DNA of 64,000 nucleotides from Chthoniobacter sp. (GTDB lineage: Bacteria > Verrucomicrobiota > Verrucomicrobiia > Chthoniobacterales > Chthoniobacteraceae), in the NCBI GenBank assembly GCA_036501065.1, contig DASYAY010000093.1, forward strand, positions 28,191 to 92,190, in the 5' to 3' direction. The notes under the pieces are model-generated. The model saw nothing but the letters and a program-made list of their open reading frames with translations, did not search any database and was not told the DNA's origin. Numbering within the stretch: position 1 is the stretch's first letter; each line of letters begins with the position of its first letter. Shown here in pieces: positions 10,045 to 22,000 of the stretch. A program made the translations under genes and the position numbers.

Positions 10045-13000
10045 CGCCATGATGGCGACATCGTTGCCGCTGCCGTGTGCAAACTGGCTGTCCACCCCAT
10101 TGTTGTAGCTGGCGGAATAACTGACCGCGAACTCCTGGCTGCCCACGTTGAAGGTGCTGTAACCGGGCAGATTCGGATCGCTGCCGGTGGCGTTGGCGAA
10201 GGTTCCGCTCGCCGTGGTATTCGCGCCGACGATGAGGTAGAAGGCATTGCCATCCAGGTTCTGCGTGCTGCCGGTGACCGTTCCCGAGAACGGGATGAAG
10301 CTATTGATGAGCGAAACGTCGAGGCTGACGTTGTTGAGATCGACGGTGCTGCCCGAGGCCACTAGCACTTGATCGTAACTGGAACCGGCGGTGGTGCCGC
10401 CGAGTTCGATCGAGAGGTGAGCGGGGCCGTTGCCCAGACCGGTATTCGTGCCCAGCGTGAGGTTTCCGCCGACGCTCAACTGGCCAACCGTGCTCGTGCC
10501 GCTGCCGCCGGTATCACCGGGCGCCACGGTGCCGCCGCCATTCGTGTCACTCACCGCCGTCAGGTTGCCGCTGATGTAGTTGGTCGTGCCGGTGATGGCC
10601 AGACCCGGGCCGCTGGCGAGAGTCGCACCGCTGGACACCGTGGTCGTGGCGAGCGTGCCGGCCAGCGAACCGCTGACAATCAGCGTGCCCTGCGTCACGC
10701 TCGTCGGACCGGTGTAGCTATTGACGCCGGAGAGCGTAGCCTTGCCGGTGCCCACCTTGGTAAGGCCGAGACCGTGGCCGCCATCACCGATGGCCGAAGA
10801 CACCGTGAGATTACCGGGACCGCCGATGCTGCTGGCGGTCTGCAACGTCACGGGACCGGCGTAGGTGGCCGGAGTCGAAACGTTGCTATTCGTCAGCGCA
10901 CCCACGCTGCTGCTGAACTGGCCATTCAGGTTCAACGGAACCGTCGCGGTCGGCATCAGGCCGTTGAGGTCGAGGGCCGCCCCGTTGCTCACGGTCACAC
11001 TGGCGGTATTGTTCGTGCCGTTGCCCAGGGCCCCGGCTGCGCCCAACTGCAGCGTGCCGCTGGCCACGCTGGTGGCGCCGGTGTAGGTGTTCGTGCCGCT
11101 GAGCAGGAGGGTGCCCGTGCCGGACATGGTGAGCGTCCCGGTGCCCGTCTCAATGGGAGCGGCAATGGTGACATTGCCGGTGCCGGCCACTTGCAAGTTG
11201 TCGCCCGAGCCGGTGATGCTCGGCGTGTTCGACGAGCCGTTGACGATCAACTGATTGCTGCCGGTGCTGTTGTTCGTCCACGTCTGGCTCGCGCCGAGAA
11301 CGACGTTGGCGTTGATCGTGTCGGTGCCGGCATTATTGTTCATCGTGATGCCGGAATTCACCAGCGTCAGGGTCTCGGTATTGTTCCCGCCATCACCGAT
11401 GGAGACGTCGCTCGTCGCGGCACTGGTAAAGGTGAGGCTGTTGATCAGGAAGGCCGCGCCCAAGGTGGTGCTGAGATTCTGCGCCACGGGATTGGTGGTG
11501 TAGAAGAAGACGTTCGTCGCGGCCACCGGCACCGACTGGGTGTCAATGTTGCTCGTGGCATCGGTGCGCCAGTTGGTGACACCACCGGCATTGTTGGTGT
11601 TCCAATTTCCATCCACGGCGCCCGCCCAGTAGGCATTGGCCGACGCCGCCACCGAGACTTCCAGCGCGGTCTGCGTAGCCGTATCCTGGCTGCCCGCAAG
11701 AGTCAGCGAATAAGTCTTGCCGCCCACGGTGATGGAGGTGGTTTCCAGGGTGAAGTTGTTTGTCGTGCCCGCGCCGGAGAAGCCGCCACCGGCTTCGATG
11801 AGCGGAATCACCCCGGTGGGAATGCTTGTGGCACCGGCAATGAGGCTCAGGTTGATCAGGTTGGCCCCGGTGCCCGCAGTCACGCTCGCATTCTTATTCA
11901 CGACGATTTCGTCGGCGCCGGCGTTGCCGATATCGAAGTCGAGATTGACCGGGCTTCCGGTCGTGCCGCTCACGGTGAAAGCGTTGCCCGAGAAGCTGGA
12001 ACCTTGGATGAGGTTGAAGGTGCCGATCGTCGTGCCGTTGACGAGGTTCAAGGTGGAACCCGCCCCGAGGGTGAGGCTGGCGCCGCCCGCCGCGACCAAG
12101 GCGCTCCCGGCGTTGACCACCGTGGTCGGCGCGCCGCTGGCCACGATCGGGGCAAAAGTTGCGCCTGCGCCGACGGAGATGGCGGTATTGCCGAGGGTGG
12201 CGAAGCTCGTGCTCGTGCTGAGGTTCTCGATCGTGAGGGTATTGCCGGCAACCGGGCTCAGGACGGTGGCCCCGCTGTAGGTATTGGCGCCGGACAGGAT
12301 CTGATCGCCCATGCCACCCTTGGTCAACGCCAGCGAACCCGCACCACCCGCACCCGCCTTGGTGTCGGTGAGGATGCCCGCAAAGGTCGCCGTGGAAGCG
12401 TTGTCGCCGCCGATGGTCAGGATGGTGGTCGTGCTGCTGGAATCATCGGTGACCATGCCCCCGGTCGTGGCGGTGTCCCCAAAGAGCGAGCCCACGCTGA
12501 GAGTCGCCTGGCCGTGGGTGTCGAAGACCGCACCCGCGCTGATTTGAATGGCATTGGTGCTGGCGAAGGCGAGGCCGCTGCCCACCTGGAGAACGCCACC
12601 GGCGACCACGACTTCTCCGTTGCCGAGGCTATCCGTGCCGGAAACGACGAGCACGCCCGGGCCGGCCTTGGTGAAGGCCGTGCCGGTCGCCGTGCTGCTG
12701 ATGTTACCGCTGATCACCGCGGTATCGAGCGGACTGCTCACGGTAATGGTCGGGCCGGCGGTCCCCAAGGTCATCGCCCCGGTCAGGGTCAAGGACGTCC
12801 CCGCAGCCGGCACGCCGCTGCTGACCAACGAATTGCCGATTGTGAAATTGCCATTGATCGTCGTGGAGTTGGCGATCGTCCGGGCAGTGCCGTCGGACTC
12901 GATCGTGCTGCCGCCATTGATCGCCAACGTTCCGGTGCCAACCGGGCCGCTGGTCACCGAACCGGTCGTACTCGCTCCGAAGATGATCGTGGACGCATTG

Positions 13001-16000
13001 AGCGTGACGCCACCGGTGAAGGTGCTCGCGCCGCTGAGGACCACGCCACCACCACCTGTGATGCTGAGATTGCCACCCGTGCTGGCGATGACGGCGGAGA
13101 GAATCAGGTCATCGGCCGAGAGACCGCTGACGGAGATGACGGGCGCGGTGTTACTGAGAGCCAGAGTGCCGCTGACCGTGGGCGTGCTGGTCAGGTCGTT
13201 GTTCTGCTCGGTGATCGCATTGGCGGCCGTAATGGTCAGCGTGCCACCGGAGGCGAGAACCGGGGTGACAGTGCCGCCGAGGCTGTTGTTGAAGGTGACG
13301 CTAGCCAGAGTGTTGACCCCGGTGAGGGTCACCGTGCCTCCGCCGTTAATCGTGAGGTTCGAGGTGGCCGCAATATTGCCCTGCGCCGACTCCGTCACGT
13401 TGTCGAGGTTGTTGACAACCAGATTGCCCGGGACTGCGACGATGGTCGAGCCGTTGGCACCCGTGGTATTGAGGGCCAACCCGCCGCTGACGTAAGTGGT
13501 GCCGGTGTAGGTATTGGCTCCCGTAAGCGTGAGGCCTCCGACGTCGACCACACTCACCGTGCCGCTGCCATTGTTGGCAATGACCGCGCTCACCGTCATA
13601 GCGCCGCTGTTATTCCGGATGAAGTCGAGTTCACCGCCGACGTTGAGCGCACCTGCGGTGAGTATGCCGTCCTGGATAGTAGTGGTGCCGATCGTGCCCA
13701 CGCTTGTGCGCATGATGCCACCGCTGACGACGTCCAGGACATTGGCGGCGCCGCCGATGTCCAGGGTCTGGACCACGGTCGCAGCGCCGCTGAATTGCAG
13801 CGAGTTCATGCTCATCGGCGAAGCGCCGGTAAGCGTGGTCGTGGTCGCGGCAGTGGTCGTATAATTTGCGGTGCCCGCCGGAGTGGCCACGAGGCTCGTG
13901 TAGCCGTTGGCGCCAAGTGCCGTCACCCCCGCGCTGTTGAACGTGCTGTTCGCCGTGCCTGTGCCCGAGGCCAATTGCGAGAGGGTGACGGTCGTGGTCG
14001 CGTTCGTCGAAGCCGTGATCGCGGTGATATAAGAACCCGCGGGGATGTTGCCGCCACTGACCATTTCACCGACCGTCAGATCCGCCGTGCTCGCGGTGTT
14101 CATCGTCACGATGTTGCTGTTGAAAGCGGTCGTCACGCTGAGGGTTTGCGCACCGCCGTAGGTCGCCCAGTTGTCACCCACAGTGTAAGCGCCACCGAGG
14201 ATGCCGCCGGTCAGGGCCGGTGCCGCACCGTTGAGATTGGTGATGAAGGTCTGCGGGTTGCCGGGGAGTGCCGAACCCAGCGTCTGGTTGGTGCCAGCGG
14301 TGAAGTTCACGACGGCGCCGGGCGTGCGATTGAGATTCCCGATCGTCAGGGTCGAGGTGTTGTTGGTGCCGGCGGGCGGGGCGATGTTGTTGATGACGTT
14401 GAAACCGGTGGCGAGGGTCACGCCGGTTCCACCGGCACCCACTGTCGTGGACGTCGAGGTGTAGTTGGCCCCGTCGATCTGGAGTTGGCCGCCGTTCAGA
14501 TTCACCGAAGCGGTCGTCGAAATCCGGTTGTTGTTATTGTTCGAGAGGCCGGTGTCGTTCAGGACCAACTCGCCGCCACCGTTGACGTTGATGGTGGAGG
14601 TATTCAGGCTGCCGCTGTCCTGGAGCACGATCACACTGCCCAGGATATTCGTCGTGCCGGAGTAGGTGTTCGCGCCGGTCAGCGTCAGCGTGGACGGTCC
14701 CTCCATGTAGAAGTTCAACCCGCCATCGATCGTCCCGCCGTACTCCGAAGAGGAGGACGTGGCGCTCACGAGGTTTGCCGCCGTGCTGCTGGTGATGCTC
14801 CCACCGGTCCCGCCGACGGTGTTGTTGTTTCGCAGCGCGCCGACGTACTGGTCGAAGCCATTGAGGTTGAGCGTACCACCGTTGACGGTCAGCGCCTGGA
14901 CGATCGGCACCGTGGCCGTAGGAATGACCGCGAGGGTATTGGCCGCGCCGCTGTTGAGAACCAGGGTGCCGCCGTTCACGGTGGTCGTGCCCGTGTAGTA
15001 GACGGGGTTATTGAGGTTCAACGTGCCGTTGTCCGCCTTGACCAAACCGCTGGCTGTGCCGGCGAGGAAGCCGTTGAGATTGAGCACGGACGAGCCGGTG
15101 ACGTGGAATTCGAACTGCACGGGTGTCGTGCCACCCGGGATCAATTCGCCGACGTTGAGCGTGTTGCTCGTGGCGGCGAGAATGCCGCCGGTGTTGACCG
15201 TAAGGACGTTGAGAGCGCCGGTATTCGTGTAGCCCTGGGCCACCGTGCCCTGAATCGCCTGGCCGCCGCCGATCGAATTGACGGCGTTGGCGGTGTCCAG
15301 CGTCAGGCTGTTCAGCGAAGTCGCAGCGCTGTAGGTCTGGGCCGAGCTGAAATTGCCGTAGTTCGTCGTGGAATTGTTGCCGGTCGCGAGCGTCGGCGCG
15401 AGTTCGGTGGTCGCGCTCAGCGCCCGAATGAACTTGGTGCTGCCGCTATCGACCGTGGCAAAACCGATGCCGGTGCCAGTGGACGAGGAGTCGACGATGA
15501 CATCGGCCCGGATGCCCATGGTCGTGGAGTTGTTCAGACCGGTGCCTTGCGTGACGCCAGCGATGCCCGCGGTGCCGGAGAAGGCCGCTCCGGTGACGAG
15601 ATTGGCGAAGCCGGCTCCGGTGGTCGTGCTGGCGCCTTGAATGAGCAGGCTGCCGCCACTGATCGCGGTTTCCGGGGTGAAGGTGCCGAGCGTAAGAGTG
15701 GTGCTGCCACCCAGGCCCGGGTTGAGCGTGATCTTGCCGCCGCCATTGGTCACGCCGAGAGTGCCGATGGTTTCGGATGCGTTGGTGGTCGCGAGATTGC
15801 TGCCATTGTAGACGAAGCTGCCACCCTGGATGGTCACGTTCTTACCGCTCAGGCGGTTGACGACGCTGTTCAAGCTGTTGTCGAGCGTGAGGACGCCGGT
15901 CGAATTGAGAGCGTAAGTGGCAAAGTTAAAGGTGCCCGCGCCGCTAATCGTGACTCCACCCTGGTTGACCGTGAAGGTGCCGGTCGGCGCCGTGCTGTTG

Positions 16001-19000
16001 GTCACGCCATTGACCGTCGGCGCATCCAGACCGGTGGTCAGCGTCATCGTGCCGAGGCCGATCTTGGTGATCGACAAGTCGGCCGCGGTGGCCGAGGCAA
16101 AAGCGCCGCTGAAGAGCGTGCTCGCATTGTCCGCGCCAACCGTGAGAACGTAGGCCACTGCCGCGGAATTGGTCACCAGGCCGCTGCCGGCGAGGGAACC
16201 AAGCTCACCGCTCCCGTTGGTCGTGCCCGCCCGAACGTCGAGTTCAGCGCCTGCGGCAACGGAAACATCCGCGTTCAGGAGGACCTGGCCCGAGGTCAGG
16301 GTGGTCGCCGTGGAAAGCTGCAAAATGCCGCCGGCGATGTTGATCGGTCCGGAAATGTTGTCACCGGCGCTCGTCAAGGCCAGCGTGCCGACACCGGCCT
16401 TGGTGAAGCCCGCCGTGCCGACGAGTCCCCCGGAGAAGGTATCAGAGACATTCGCAGCCGTGACCGGAATCGTGGTGGTGATCGTCGGATCGCTGGCCCC
16501 AATGTTCACCTGCCCGGCGAGCGTCAGGCTGTTCGTCGTCAGCCCTCCGCCAAGGGTAAAGCTGCCGTTGACCACGACCGGGTTGAGAATCGTTTGCGCA
16601 GCGCCGCCGGCGAGCAGCGACGTTCCGCTGCTGATGGTCAGCGTACCCAGACCGATGGGGCCGAAGATGCCCTGCGTCGGGTTGGCCACGGTGCTCACCC
16701 CCATGGGCGTGCCGGGTGTCGTCACCGAAGTGCTGCTCCCGAGGATCAAAGAGCCGTTGGTCAATTGCACTCCGCCGGTGAAGTTATCGCCAAAGGCGGT
16801 CAAGGTGGCGGTGACGTTGGTGGTCACAGCGGACTGGAGGATAATCTGCGTGGAGCTGAGAATCGACGTGATGACGTCATTCGCCGGAATGTCGGTTCCG
16901 GTGACTTGCATGCCGACGGAGAGCCCGGTGGTGGAGGCCAGGGTCACGGTCGTGCTCGTGGTGACCATGGCCGCACTCCCGAGACCAATCTGCGGATTGA
17001 GCACCAGCGATCCCGTGCCGGCCTTGATCAAGCCGGCCGGCTGGGCGGTGCCGCCGATCGCGTTTTGAATCGGCGAGGTGATCAGCAAGTCGTCGGGCGA
17101 ACTGCCGCTCGTCGCGATGGTCAGATTCGAACCGGCCAGTTCGAGGCTCAGCACGGAGATCGTGGGAGTCGTGGCCAGGTTGTTGTTCGTCGCCGTGATG
17201 CCGTTGTTCAGCACCAGCAGGTTGGTCGGCGAGGAACCGGTGACGGTCGGCGCGGTGGTGCCGCCGGTGCCGTTGAAGGTGATGCTCGCCAGCGTATTGC
17301 TGCCGGCGTTCGGCATGGTGAGCGTGCCGGAACCGTTGATGGTGACGTTGCTCGTCGAAGCGATGAGACCGTCACCGGCGCTGAAATTGAGTGCGGTGCC
17401 ACTGTTGATCGTAGCCGTGGAAGGCGCGCTGAGGATGGCCGTCGCGCCGACGAGCGACACGATGGTGTCTCCCGCCGGGATATTCGTCCCGCTCACCGTC
17501 ATGCCGACAGCCAGCCCCGTGGTGCTCGAGAAGGTCAGCGTGGCGTTGGCCCCGCTCTGGGTCGTGCTCGTGCTCGCGAAGTAGTTCGCGTTGGCGTTGG
17601 CGTTGTTGAGGATGAGGTTGCCGGGAACATCGACCACGCCTGCGTTGGCGTTGACCAGCGCAACCGTCGTGCCGCCGATCTGCAAGGTGCCTTGATCGAC
17701 GACGGTATTGCCCGTGTAACCTTCGGAGAAGGCCACCAACTGGGTTGGCGCGGAGAGGGAAAGCGTGCCGGTGCCAAAACCGGTGGCATTCGTCGGGGCG
17801 CTCAAGGTCACCTGCGTGGCGTTGGTGATGCTGGCGATGAGGTCACCGGCCGGAATTCCCGGTCCGCCGATCGTCATTCCCGGATACAATCCCTGGGTCG
17901 TGGCCAGCGTGACCAGGAAGTTGGTAGCGGTCGTCGTGCCGCTGACCGAGACGTTGTTCGCCGAGTTCGTCAAAGGCGCGCCGAAGGTCAAGGTCGCGGT
18001 GGTGCCCGCGGCGACGGCCGAGGTTGCCGTCGAGAGCGTCACGGTGGTGCCGCTGATGCTGGCAATGGTCTCGCCGGCCGGAACGCCGTAACCGATCACC
18101 GACATGCCCGGAGCCAGACCCGCCACCGACGGCAGGGTGAGAGCAGTCCCGGAAGTCGGGATCGAAATGCCGGAGACATTGGTCCCCACGGTGCCCACGT
18201 TGCTGCCATAGGTGAGATTGGCAGCGCCGCCGGCGGTCGGGGTATTCGACAGCGTGATGTGGCCTCCATCGATAATCCCGTTCACCGTAGTGCCGAGCGG
18301 AATTCCATTCCCGTAGACCGGTTCGCCGACGAAGAGGCCGACGCTCGAAGGCACCCCGACGGTCGCACTCGAAGTCGAAAGCGCGCTCGCCAGGGAGCTC
18401 TGCGAAGACCCGCCGAAAGAGATCGTATCTGTCGAAGTCGTCGTCCCGCCAATCGGATTGGAGAGCGTCACCTGGCCGGTGGCCGGATTGTAGGCCGTGA
18501 CAATTGTATTTGCCGGAAGGGTCGCGGTGCCGGTGGGGAAGGTCACGACCTGGCCGACGTTCAAGCCGAGGGTATTTGCCGGCACGTTGAAGGTCGTGGC
18601 ACCGGCATTGAGCGTGGCGTTCGTCGAAGTCTGCGTCCCGACCGAACCAAAGATGAGCGTGGCGTTGGCGGAGCTGGCAGTGACCGCGGCGGTGTCAATC
18701 AACGTCGCCGTGTTGCCCGAGAGGCTCAGGACCGTGACCGTTCCCGCGCCGAAGGAGCCAGTGCCGCCGGTGTTCGCGGCCAGAGTCACCACGCTGCCGG
18801 GGAGCAATTCCGTTCCTGCTGGAACCGTGACATTGAACTTCGTGTTCGCGCCGGCTGCCGGGAACGACAGGCTGGAGAGGACCTCGCTGCCCGGCATGAA
18901 GAAGGCCTCGTTGGCCGCCGTCGTCGAACCAGTGGTGACATTGGTGCCAATCGTGATCGTCGTGCCCGAGAGAATTCCCGTGATGATCGCATTGGCCGGG

Positions 19001-22000
19001 ACACCGGTGGCTCCGGTCGGCAGGGTTTCACCGACGGCCAAACCGGCGGTGGAAGTCACGGTGACCGTCGAAGAATTCGCCGTCGTGCTCGAAACGGCAA
19101 CAATCGGCGATGCCCCGAGGTTCAACTGCTGCGCCCCCGACTTCACGAAATTGACCGGGCCGAGATTGTTATCGGTGATCAGCGACTGGAAGTTTTCCGT
19201 GCCGCCATTGTTGTAGAAGTAGAGGGTCTGGTTCGATTGCGCGCCTGCGGTATAGCGCCCGCCCTGGAAGCCGGCCACACCACCCGTGCTGAGAATGCCG
19301 CCGGTGTTGATCGTGATCAACTGGTCGAGACCATTTTGCGTGGCGATGAAGGCGCCGCTCACCCGGAAGGAATTGATCGTCCGCGCGGTGATGCCGCCCG
19401 TCGTCGCACCCATGGTGATGTTGTCGGTCGGCACGCCCGCGGTGATGGCGTCAGTGGCATAAGCCGGGAAGTTGGTCGACCCCATCGCGCCAACCCCCAG
19501 CGAGCCGTTGACCGGCATGCTGAGGTAAGTGGCGAAGTCGGTACTGTTCGCGATCGCCCAGCCGCCGATGATGCCGTTGACCAGCGTCGGCGCGGAGGAG
19601 AGCAGGATTTGCGAATTGGATCCACCATTGGCCGGGCTGGCCCCATTGACTGCGGTCACCGGGGCGCCGAGCGTTCCACCGGTCGCGGTGAAATCGATCA
19701 TGCCGTTGGAGTCGCCCTGGCTCAAGCTGGCCAGGGTGAGAACGACGCTGCTGCCAAAGTTGGAGCTGCTTGCCCAGAGGGTCGGAGTGATGGTGCTCTG
19801 GCCGCTGCTGACGACAAAATTGCCGAGGGTCAGATTATTCGCGCCCTGGCTGGCGAGATAGTTGAACGTGCCGCCGACGGAATCAATCGTCGCACCGGTG
19901 GGCAGACGGTTGGCACTGGCGACGAGGCCGCTGTTGTCGTAGGTGAGCGTAGAATAATCGAGGCCGATCGGCCCGGTGCTGGCGGCGATCGAGCCGCTGT
20001 CACGCAAGACGAGGGCGCTGCCCATGATCGTCGTACTCCCCGTGTAAGAGCTGGCGCCGTTCAAGGTCAGAGTATTGGTGCCCGCCTTGACGAAATTGAT
20101 CGCCTGGGTGCCCGTCGAGCCGCCGATGGACCCGGCAAAATTGCCGGCGCTCGTCTGGACGACGGTCAGCGTCGCCGTGTTGCTGCTCGTGTTCACCACG
20201 TTCCCAGCCTCGCCGGCGAGCGTATTGACGCTCGTGAGGTTGCCGACCGCTTGATTCTGACCGTCGAGATCGAGGGCGCTGCCGACGCCATTCAAACGCA
20301 AGTCCAGGACCGTGGGAGTGGTGGCGTTCGGATTGACGAGGATGGTGTTGGCCGCCCCGCTGGCGAGTTGGATGGCGCCGCCATTGATCACCGTGCCGTT
20401 GCTCGCCGCCGTGCCGGAGTAATACTGCGGCACATCAAATACCAAGGTGCCGTTATCGGCCTTCACGATGCCGGTGGTGTTGTTGACGATGGAGTTGTTT
20501 AGCGTCAGGACATTGCTACCGGTGACGTGGATATCCATCGACGTGCCATTGCTGGTAATGACGCCGGTACTGGTGATCGTGGAGCCTCCGCTCTGGAGAA
20601 TACCGGCGGCGGTCAGCGTGATGGTCAATGCGCCACCTGCCCCAAAATTCCCACCCGTGCTGCCCCACGCGTTGGTGAAGCCGGAGCCGCTGGAAAGGGT
20701 CAAGGTATTGGCCGAGACATTGGTGAACAGGTTCGTCACCACCGCCGTCGTGGTCAAACCCAAGCCGACGTTGTTCGTGCTCCCAGCGGCCGTGCTGACG
20801 TCGAGTTCGCCTGCCGCCAGCGGGCGAATCACCTTGTTGGTGGAGTCGAGGACGGCAAATCCGATCACGCCCCCAATCGCGGTGTCATCGACAATGATGT
20901 CCTGGCGCACGGGCATCGTGGTCGTACCATTGCCCCCTGTCCCCTGGCTGCCCGTGACGTTGAACGTCGCGTTGGTTCCCAGGCCGAGGGTGCCATTGCC
21001 CGCTCCCGCGGAAGACGCGGCGTTTTGGATGAGGAGTGTGCCAGTGCCGTTCTGGCTGGAAAATGCGAACCCGGTAGAGGCGATATTCAGCGCCACCCCC
21101 GCACCGGGATTGGAGAAGGTGATGATGCCCCCGCCATTCTGGATGATGATCGAACCGGAGGTGGCGGTGGTTTGCCCGAGGGTCTCCGTGACGGCCGTGC
21201 CGCTGTTGCCGTCGATGACGAGCTGACCGCCCTGCATGGTGAGGATGCGGCCCTGGCCGTCGAAGGCGTTGCCGATGCCCGTTGAACCACTCGAGGGGAT
21301 TCCGTTGATGCCCAAACGGCCGGACAGGGCATTCGAATTGTTGTCGAGGACGAGGCTGCCGCCCGAGTTGAGAATATAGTTGGTGAAGCCGAGCGCGCCG
21401 TTAGTGCCGCTGAGGTAAATGCCGCCGCTGGCTGTGCCGGCCGCGCCGACGCTGGCGCCATCGCCGATGATCAGTGTGCCGAGGGACTGGCTGGCGCTGT
21501 TGCCGGAGAGCGACCAGGTGCCCGAGCCGATCTTGGTGATGTTCAACAAACCGCTCGTGTAATCGCTGGTGATGATGCCGGCGAAACCCGTGGAGGTGTT
21601 GTCGCCGCCGGTCACGAGTGTGCCTCCGGCGGTCGCACTGAAGTTCTTGATGAAGCTCCCCGCCACGCCGCTGATCGAACCCACTTCCAGATCGGTCTGG
21701 CCGCGCATGTCCAGCGCCGTGCCGGACGCGAGAGCGATGGTCGTATTTTGGTAGTTCGCGTTGCCCGCCAGGACCACTTCGCCCGCGGATACGGATAGAT
21801 CGATGGTCGCCGTGCTGGCGCCGCCGAGGGAGAGCGCGCCGGCGCCATCCTTGGTGAGCGTGATCGTGCCGGTATTGGCGATGTTCGAGTTTATCGCCAG
21901 GCCAACCTGCTGGTTGGTAAAGCCGTTATTGATGACGCTCCCGTCGGCGTTCGCCGCCACGGTGATTTCCGCCGTCGACGGCAGGACGAGGTTGCCGAAA

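Noticed and set aside
9952-11000. Classical type V autotransporter call for the giant protein
   Set aside because: No C-terminal beta-barrel or terminal aromatic residue; the protein ends in PEP-CTERM.
10369-20502. 3377-aa plus-strand ORF and many other long plus-strand ORFs across the giant gene
   Set aside because: Antisense shadows. GC-biased codons and the Thr/Gly/Val-rich composition of the real gene suppress stops on the other strand. The products are Arg/Ala/Gly-rich with no recognisable motifs.
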